Of a stretch of 64,000 nucleotides of DNA, positions 55,967-64,000 are shown piece by piece. A model generated the notes under the pieces. The model worked only from the letters and a program-made list of their open reading frames with translations, was not told the DNA's origin and ran no database searches. Source of the stretch: Picochlorum sp. SENEW3 (lineage: Eukaryota); the NCBI GenBank assembly GCA_034226945.1, contig CP120457.1, positions 682,001-746,000 of the forward strand, given 5' to 3'. Within the stretch, counting starts at the first letter, position 1, and every line of letters begins with the position of its first letter. A program made the translations under genes and the position numbers.

Positions 55967-58529
55967 TTACATGGATTGTAACTTTGCTTGTAAGTCACTC
56001 AGCTGGCTTTTCATATCATTGAGGAAATTCGTGCCTAGTTCAGCAACCTTTTTTTCGTACGGAATTCGGACTTTTTTGGCCTTTTCAACTTCTTTCTTCG
56101 CTTTATCGATTGCCTTTCCTTCCAGGGGTTGTCCCTCTGCATTGTGTGTTGGGAAGCCATCAGCATCAAACTTGGCATATTTTGCACTGAGTGATTCCTG
56201 AAGGGATGGAAGGCTTTCAATCTTTGCAAACTTTTCAATCTCCCTCTTGAGATTCTCCCATTTATTGTTCAGTTTCTTCTTCTCGATCGCGGCCTGGGCT
56301 GCAATCTTTTCATCCCTTTCCTTCCTCAATGTGGCAGGATCATCGATTTTCCACACAGATGTACCATCTGCTTTATCTTCCAATCGAACACCAATTTCAA
56401 CAAGCGCATCATCACGAAGACAGTCGCAACATGTAAGATATTCTGCAGGATTTGATTTTGACTTTGCAAGGTTCCTAACCTTGTCCCTAAATTCTGACAA
56501 TGCATCCAGTATGGAATCAGTTCTCTTTGAGGCTTCTGAATCACCACTCCCCACGTTATCCATACCAAGCTGATCAGATGTGTATGGAGTGAGACCCATT
56601 ACAGAAAGGGTTCTGGTGACTAATGCTGCACACTGGCGCAACAGCATAGGTTGAGGGATCTGGCCATCTGAGCCTGATCTCGCAGACAGGTACACGTTTG
56701 TTGCTTTAATCAATTCAGACACAGCATCTAAGGCACCTCTCGTATTAATAGAATCTAAAAAGGATGTGTGGATAGAGGCAGCAGCAGATTTGTATGCCTC
56801 TGACAGAGTCATCTCCTCTTCAAACCATTTTTGAGGATGATTCACAGAATTTGTGGACTTTCTGATGACAACTTCCACATTGGAGAAGAAATTTTTCAGC
56901 TGTGCTTCTCTTGACTTGACCTCCTCTTGAACCTGAACTCCGTATGCCATTCTTCTGTCCCAAGGATTTAGAGCCATCATCAGTCGAAGCTGACGAGGGG
57001 TGAATGTAGTAAGAGCCTCTCTGCACAACACAAGGAGTATCATGTTTGGATTGACATTTTTCACCGTGCATCACTCTATGAATTAATGGAGAGACACGTA
57101 AATGTACCATCCTCCAGGCCGAAACACAATGTGCTGGCATGGATTGTTTCACTATTGCACAGAGAAACCTTTCCACAATCTTTCCTTGACATCACTTCTA
57201 TGACATACAAGGAGGCTACTTGTGCATTCAAACTCCATCAAATATCAAAACATACCTGATAGTAATGAAATTCTTTAGAGATTTGCTCATCTTGAGACCT
57301 TCAATGCCCAAGTGTCCACTGTGCAAGAAATAATTGACCCACTGATTGCACCCTTGGCAATGGTAGAACGCTTCAGCTTGAGCCAACTCATTATCATGAT
57401 GAGGAAATCGTAAATCCTCCCCACCGCTATGGATATCAACCACATCGCCAATAATCGCGCTGGCCATGGCACTGCATTCAATATGCCACCCTGGCCGCCC
57501 TCGTCCCCATGGGCTCTCCCATGTGGGCTCCCCTGGCTTTGCCGCCTTCCACAATGCAAAATCACACTGATGCCGTTTCTCTCCAGTATCTCCACCCTCT
57601 GCATTCAACGCTGATCCCACCGCCCAAGGATTTAACTTTCCATAGGTATGTCCAGAAGCCCTAAATGCCTGTGTATCAAAATACACAGACCCATTCGATT
57701 CATATGCCAAGTTATTATCCACAATAGTCGAAATGTATGACACAATTTCAGGAATATACTCCGACACACGTGTCATCACAGTAGGAGGACGAATGTTCAA
57801 AGACTGCATATCATCAGTAAACTCTTGCTCAAAACGTGCTGCATGGGCCCTGAAAATCTCAGGGTCAGACACAGTCGCCTTTCGCCCCTCATCCAAACGA
57901 GCTGCCAAAGCATCCCCCGCTGCATCCAAAATCTCATCACGAGATGTTGACACATCCATCCCCTTCAATCTGTCAACAGCATCAGACATCTTTCTATACA
58001 AAAGGCCCTCCTGCTCAGCTGCCTCCTTCAGATTTTCAATCCTCTTCTTTCCATCCGGAGTAGTAACGTCGCAACGCTCTACTTCTTCCTCTGCATTCTT
58101 AAGTTTTGCAAGCTGCTTCTGCTCGGCAACCGCGAGAGCCTCTGCCGCGTCTTTCAACAACCGCTCCGGATCAGACCCTTCCTGAGCAAGATACTCTGCC
58201 ATTAAATACTTCCTCCTAGCCCTCAAGATAATCTTATCCTCCACATCAGTGATATTCATAACATAAAGAATGGAATATCCAAAGTAATCTTCCAATACAC
58301 GCCTCACAATATCAAACGCCAAGTAATTTCTTGCATGTCCAACATGAGCAGAGTCATATACTGTGGGCCCACAGGTATACCAGGTGATATTCTTACTATC
58401 TTTACCAGATGCTGGTACAAATGGCACCTTCTTGTCGATTAAACTGTTCAGCAGCATGAGCTGACCACCTTGAGGAGACCCATCTGCCTCTTTTCCACCA
58501 GACACTGGTGCTATCCAAGCCCTCTCCAT
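55967..58529 (-). CDS. CARS: Cysteinyl-tRNA synthetase, cytosolic type; intron 57021-57255
   Basis: [54 protein letters not shown]. Confidence 0.96.
57100..57227 (-). ncRNA. Candidate intronic box H/ACA snoRNA
   Basis: Hairpin, AAACAA (ANANNA), hairpin, then ACAttt, inside an atypically long 235 nt intron. Confidence 0.5.
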
Positions 58530-58932
58530 GTTGATCTGACTCACGTGTATGACTGAATTTATTATGTATGCTGCTGAATGCATCAACCTTGCCACATCAA
58601 GCCATGACTAGGTGCCTGGCCGTCCTCCTCACAAGCATGTCCCATCGAGTGATTGGTTTGATCGAATACAGTCGTGTGTGCGAGGAACGGCTCGTTGTGA
58701 TTAGTTCAATTGCCAGCCTTGTACCCGGTTGGGCCATTAAATGTTCACAAATGCATCAGAAAAGTGCGTAGACATCGATATCGCAGGGTGAGACTGATCT
58801 GGTTTTGTGCCAGTTCAACGTCTAACGTTTGACACTGATTGAAGCAACCATTGTTGGCATACCCATCGATCTGGATATATATGAACGAATATAGAGCATA
58901 TTTAGGCGATATTAGAAGATAATTGCGACGCC

Positions 58933-59936
58933 ATGGCGATTGATGTTCTCCCATGGCTGTTGAAAGGGAAGGAGCGAGAGGAGTATGACCTTTTGAACGA
59001 CGTAGACAACATCGACATGTTTTCCATCAGAGAGGTAATCTACGTCATATGGTACGCGTACAGTGCATGAATGCATCAATATGAACAGATACTCATGGAT
59101 GAGGGTACACGTGCAGTTGTCTTCTCGGTATTATTGGAACGCGGGTAGCGTTTAATAGTATGATCTCTCCTTGGGCTGGGAAACAGGCTCGTGCTCGGAA
59201 TATTTCTCAGAGAGAGATGAATAAAGTGTTGGAAGAAATATGGGTGCTCATTGGAAACACTGTAACGCTATCGCTTGCGGTGTATGTAATGCTCTATGAA
59301 AATAATGGTTGCTGGTTTGGCAATACAGCGCCATGCCTTGTGGGATGGCCAAACCACTCAGTCAACCCTGCAGTACTGTTATATTATACTATAGAATTTG
59401 CTTGGTATATACATTTGCTTCTGAAAAAGCCGTTGGGATATGGGGAGCCGGACGGTAAGGATATGAAGATGCATCATGTTGCCTCCCTGTTGCTGCTCTT
59501 CTTGTCAAAAGCATTCAATCTGACACGGGGCGGCATTCTAGTCCTGACTTTGTTTTCAATCAGTAATCCAGCACTACACGCAGCAAAGATATGCAACCAA
59601 ATGGCGCCAGCAGTCCGTGTCCCCATGTTTATAGTGTTCAGTGCCCTCTTCATGGTGACACGAGTAATCATGGTTCCCTTCATCATCCTCCGCATGTCGA
59701 TTTTTGAATCAGTCAAGCTGATACCATATGCAGTGAAAGACTTCATGGTCCCATTCATTGCATTCAATGTGCTTCTAGTCCTCTTGTACGTCATGCAGAT
59801 TCAATGGATGTGGGCAATAATCAAGGTGCTGAAGAAATCAGCAGTAGAAGGGGCATCAGCTGCGGCAGAGCTATCCACAGAATTAGATCCATCAAAAAGG
59901 TTTGCATCAACCAATGAAGAGAAAAAACGAGAGTAA
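58933..59936 (+). CDS. TLC-domain protein, LAG1/ceramide synthase-like; intron 59052-59116
   Basis: K..EE.W, GWPNH, YY.IE..WY, KDMKMHHV, F..TR, WM..I.K. Confidence 0.82.
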
Positions 59937-59993
59937 AATATGATTCTTTTTTACAATGTGTCTTTTATTCAGTATCTGAGTGTCATCAGTATG

Positions 59994-60734
59994 TTAGTCA
60001 TCACTACCAGCAGCAGAGTCATCCACAAAATCAGGATGTGAAGATGCCGGGGCATCTTTGATGGTTGGAATGTCCTCCAAACTTAAACTACTCGTCAACG
60101 TCTCCCTCATCAACATAGAATTCTCCTCCGACACCAGCCCAAGATCCTCAATCCATTCCTTTGCAATTTGAGTCCTAATCTCCATAATCCTCTGGGCAAT
60201 ATTTCGCGGATCAACTATCAACGCACCAGTGCAATCAAACAACTGGTCAACTCCCACCTGCTTACCCCACTTTGTCTCTTCTATGGGCGTCAGGAGCAAC
60301 CCTCTAAGGAATGTTTCTCCGCTCACATCATCCCAACTACCATCCCTAGGAATCTTATTCTCCTTTAAATACTGTGAGAACCAGCCATACAAGGTCGGGT
60401 TCATCTCAAAGAAATAGTACAGCAGCGTCTTTGCAGCCCTCTCCGTGAGCAATCCCATCAATCGATCCCGATTCCCATCCCGAAGAGGAGTATCGTCTGG
60501 AGATCGCATGTGTGCAGGCCGTCCTCTCCGGCGTTTATCATTCGTATATGACTGTCCCTTCTCCGAGCGACGAGCATTATCACCATCATAAGATCTACCA
60601 CCTGATTCTTTCCGTGCCTGAACAATAACACCAATTCTGCATCCTGTGTTAGGTTTGGCACTGGAGCGATTGTGTTGACATGTCTTCACAGGTCGTATTT
60701 CACTCCAACGATGATGTGAATAGATTGCATTCAT
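59994..60734 (-). CDS. RBCX: RbcX-like Rubisco assembly chaperone, plastid
   Basis: LT.RA.KT.LYY..EMNP..Y.WF..Y...G..FLR.L...IAQRIMEIR..IA.EW..DL. Confidence 0.75.
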   Translation of the reverse strand: MNAIYSHHRWSEIRPVKTCQHNRSSAKPNTGCRIGVIVQARKESGGRSYDGDNARRSEKGQSYTNDKRRRGRPAHMRSPDDTPLRDGNRDRLMGLLTERAAKTLLYYFFEMNPTLYGWFSQYLKENKIPRDGSWDDVSGETFLRGLLLTPIEETKWGKQVGVDQLFDCTGALIVDPRNIAQRIMEIRTQIAKEWIEDLGLVSEENSMLMRETLTSSLSLEDIPTIKDAPASSHPDFVDDSAAGSDD

Positions 60735-60931
60735 GGTGTAATTATATTAATACAGAAAAAGTATGTATCAAGTGTCACCTTCACCTCGTTGTTGGCAACA
60801 TCTAAGGGGTACAAGGTTTTTGACTGCTCTAAATGTCAAAATAGGGAATTCTACCCCACGATGCCATTCATTCTTGGGCAACGACTACACACGTCCAGAG
60901 GGACTTGTAGTAATATCGTGTTAGTGATACC

Positions 60932-62020
60932 ATGGTGTATGCGATGCGTGGCAGTGTTGTTGGTGGTTGCGCTGTGTGCTACCACGCACCACAGTCCTTC
61001 TTCTCCAACCACAAAAGGGTCGTGTTTCGTGGTCACCGTACAATTGCCAGGGCAACGTCAGATATTGATACTGCGAAAGATGATGCGATACCTTTGGAAT
61101 TGGATAGTAGGGGAATTCAACGAATGGCGTATCGGAAGGAAGGATACAGTTCGTGGACATGGAATTCTCACAACATTAATTACGTTCAAGCTGGAGATTC
61201 TGGGCCTATTGTGTTGCTTATTCATGGATTTGGTGCGAGTGTGTACCATTGGCGGTATATAATTCCTGGCTTGTCTGAGAAATGCCGCGTGTATGCTCTT
61301 GACTGTTTGGGCTTTGGTTGGTCTGATAAAGCACTGGTGGATTACGAAGGATACGGTATCTGGACGAATCAGATATCGGATTTTATCAGGGATGTTATAC
61401 ATAGAGATCATCCAGGGGAAAAGGTGGTTTTGGCGGGGAATTCTTTGGGCGGATACAATTCCCTTGCAACTGCTGCTGTTCACCCTGATCTGGTGGAGAG
61501 TGTCATCCTCTTGAACGCTGCCGGTCGCTTTGATTTCAGTGATGCGGAGTCTGAGATAGAGCGTGAATTGGATGCAGTGTCTCGAGCTATGGAGACTGTG
61601 ATGGCTCGTATCAAGCGATGGGTGGTTGGTATTACCTTTTTGTTTTCAAAGCAGCCTGCTCGAGTGGTGTCTGTGTTGAAATCCGTATACCATAGCCACG
61701 ATAATGTCGATGAAGAGCTGATTCAGTCTATATTAGAGCCAGCTGATGATCCAAGGGCTAGTGAAGTATTTTATCGGGTGATTACGTCCAGAGGAAGGCC
61801 CATGAATCTCCTGTTGGATGCATTACAGGAGCATGACATGCCCTTGTTTCTGCTGTGGGGCTCTGAAGATCCTTGGTGTGTGCCAGCGAATGCAGCTAGA
61901 ATTGAATCGTATTATGGATCTGCGAAGAAGAAGCTCATTGTATCTGGACATTGTCCACATGACGACACGCCTGAGGTGGTGTTGAATGAAATGCTCGAGT
62001 ACCTGAATGTGAATGTGTGA
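60932..62020 (+). CDS. Plastid alpha/beta hydrolase (pheophytinase-like family)
   Basis: LIHGFGAS.YHWRY, D.LGFGWS.K, GNSLGG nucleophile elbow, WG..DPW, GHCPHDD. Confidence 0.9.
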   Translation: MVYAMRGSVVGGCAVCYHAPQSFFSNHKRVVFRGHRTIARATSDIDTAKDDAIPLELDSRGIQRMAYRKEGYSSWTWNSHNINYVQAGDSGPIVLLIHGFGASVYHWRYIIPGLSEKCRVYALDCLGFGWSDKALVDYEGYGIWTNQISDFIRDVIHRDHPGEKVVLAGNSLGGYNSLATAAVHPDLVESVILLNAAGRFDFSDAESEIERELDAVSRAMETVMARIKRWVVGITFLFSKQPARVVSVLKSVYHSHDNVDEELIQSILEPADDPRASEVFYRVITSRGRPMNLLLDALQEHDMPLFLLWGSEDPWCVPANAARIESYYGSAKKKLIVSGHCPHDDTPEVVLNEMLEYLNVNV

Positions 62021-62300
62021 TACGTAAACTCAAAGAAACAAGAACCATTGTTGTAAGAAACGAATTATAGTGGGCTGGCATGTGTATAATAATGATGCAC
62101 CAGCCTTGAGAACATGTACATGAGTGGGGTGCTGCATGAATACATGGGATGAGATGTCTCATGCATGAATAGTATCTTTGTTATATTCGGGTCTCGACCG
62201 CATTTTGCCGAAATAGAATAATCATTTATGAGTATTTAATAATACGTATTATATAGATACGTACATCTTGTCAGCTGCGTGTAAGACAAGGGATTGAAGC

Positions 62301-63476
62301 ATGCGCCTTCTCGGGCCGGTATCAACGGTCACCCACGCTCTTCTGCTCCTCTGCATATTCTCAATAGCACATGGTATTCAGACGCATTTTAATGAAAATA
62401 TTGATGGATCGAATGAGAAGGGGAGCGAGAAGAAGCATTATTCATCGCACTTTTTACTATACGGGTACGACCACGGTGATATGTTGAATGCAATCGACCT
62501 TGCTGTATCTCATCAACACGAACGTGTGTATTGTAGTATGGTTACATTCAGCACATCTGATGGTTCTTTGGACGGGTTTGACAATATGTCGCAGGCGAAT
62601 GCTTGTGTTCATGTTGGGGCCCGTGTTGAGCCCATGCACTTGCATGAGGATTATGGTGATTCGCACATCGTTGCTCAGACTGACGGTGTAGACGAACGAT
62701 ATATTATCTATGGTGATCATTCTGTTGGAGCCGTGTCTGTTTGCGTCACATTTATTCCGCAGATGAATCGGGGACCTAGCAAACCATACCTCATGGAGAT
62801 GAGATACAATCATACCAGCATCAAGGATGACGTGTCGCTTCTGCTTCATATGCATGCTATTCAATACATCTTTAGAAGCAATGAGACGCTAGCCACATGT
62901 GTCGCTAGGCAAAAGTTTCTCCTGTCTGCAAATAGGCAGAGGTTGACCATGGACGTTGATATGCAGAGAGACTCGTATCAATTCCAGGGTGGCTCTCAGA
63001 TACAGCTTTATAAAATGAGTATGAATGGTATGGACTTTGAGAGAATAACAGAGGCAGTTTCTGGATGCTACAATGAATCCATGATGATTGAGGATGTTAT
63101 GCTACCACATCAGGCAACATGGCCACACATGCCATGTTCTATGATGAAGAATCAGCGGGTGTTGGACACATCCAAATATCATTCCCTATCATTATCGACC
63201 AAGGATACCATCACAGGTGGGGTTATGGTGGCTTTATTGGTCATCACTGTACTGGTAACGCTATTATACATTCAACTCATTTGGAAGACATCGTCTCATA
63301 GAAGGGAGCATCAGTCTCAGGATCTGGTTGAGGACTCTGATACTATTCCAGCTATTCATAAAGACTGTCATCTTATTGATCGACGCAAAAGTACATGCAT
63401 AGCTACCAAAAATGCATGGAAAAGGGATCCATCAGAGGGAAGACTCTTTCGAGCATCCAAGCAGCGCTTGTCGTAA
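62301..63476 (+). CDS. Uncharacterised type I membrane protein
   Basis: 391 aa ORF with a signal peptide (ALLLLCIFSIAHG) and one TM helix near the C-terminus. No family recognised. Confidence 0.7.
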   Translation: MRLLGPVSTVTHALLLLCIFSIAHGIQTHFNENIDGSNEKGSEKKHYSSHFLLYGYDHGDMLNAIDLAVSHQHERVYCSMVTFSTSDGSLDGFDNMSQANACVHVGARVEPMHLHEDYGDSHIVAQTDGVDERYIIYGDHSVGAVSVCVTFIPQMNRGPSKPYLMEMRYNHTSIKDDVSLLLHMHAIQYIFRSNETLATCVARQKFLLSANRQRLTMDVDMQRDSYQFQGGSQIQLYKMSMNGMDFERITEAVSGCYNESMMIEDVMLPHQATWPHMPCSMMKNQRVLDTSKYHSLSLSTKDTITGGVMVALLVITVLVTLLYIQLIWKTSSHRREHQSQDLVEDSDTIPAIHKDCHLIDRRKSTCIATKNAWKRDPSEGRLFRASKQRLS

Positions 63477-64000
63477 TTAATTCGTATGCACTCATTACTT
63501 TGCATGGAGTTTTGTAAACATAGAGAGGATGAGTGTAAATGTAGCATCTACATTATAGACTCGAATCACGTGACGTGCCTCAATGTGGGCTACACTACTT
63601 CAGTGCACCTGTGTGTCAGCCACCTCTTTGAATACAATACAAATGGTGCAGTTTGCAAATATTAGGAAGCATTGTATCCCCCATCCTTATCGAAATTGCA
63701 AGATGGGTGAAAATAGATTATCAAAAAAGTCGAATTGACTCTCAGAATTTCGATCCATCCACCCATGCATAGGTATGCACCATAGATGGTCTGTACCGCT
63801 CTGTATTGTACCATCCAATATAGGATGGCCACGAAGATATCGTGGCCGCTGAGCAGATGCTGAAGAACTTCAGATTGCACAGGTTATTGACGTAGAAACC
63901 GTTAAAAAGGCGTAAAATCGTACTTGCATATATTTACACCTGTCGAATTCGCAAAACACAATGACATTGAAGATATTTATAGGGTTCTTCACTATCTGGC

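Noticed and set aside
58536..58638. Possible upstream exon MLVRRTARHL giving CysRS a mitochondrial presequence
   Set aside because: Would need a weak GTCATG donor and cannot be supported without transcripts.
63662..63880. 72 aa minus-strand ORF at the window end
   Set aside because: Non-ATG start and no motif.

Overview
Gene-dense eukaryotic nuclear DNA from a compact green alga. About 40 genes lie in 64 kb, with short GT-AG introns (mostly 60-100 nt, donors GTAYGT, acceptors TGCAG) and TGTAA-type poly(A) signals. A Picochlorum-like trebouxiophyte is my inference. Most genes are housekeeping: LHCA7, CENP-C, RAE1, TMEM245, RFC3, EFG1, TGD4, SFGH, MCM7, GluTRBP, TruB, RsfS, gamma-COP, FMT, PPR-SMR, OHP2, Ypi1, VPS53, MscS-like, RRN3, BET bromodomain, UBE2E, CysRS, TLC protein and RbcX. 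Gene models were spliced by hand from the sequence and the ORF track; no database search was run. The most striking structure is a ~2.3 kb accessory segment (26615-28886) bracketed by a near-perfect ~210 bp direct repeat. The repeat duplicates the 3' ends of two tightly convergent genes and leaves both intact. The segment carries a secreted PAN/apple + Ser-Pro + bacterial-like domain gene and a gene relic, but no transposase. Other notable items are an F-box/cyclin fusion, an FSA-type aldolase, co-directional gene pairs only 35-38 nt apart (bicistronic candidates), an H/ACA snoRNA candidate in a long CysRS intron, a stand-alone tandem HA-domain protein, an AT-hook/Tudor/alpha-crystallin protein, a SAP-RsfS fusion and a degenerate ceramide synthase motif.
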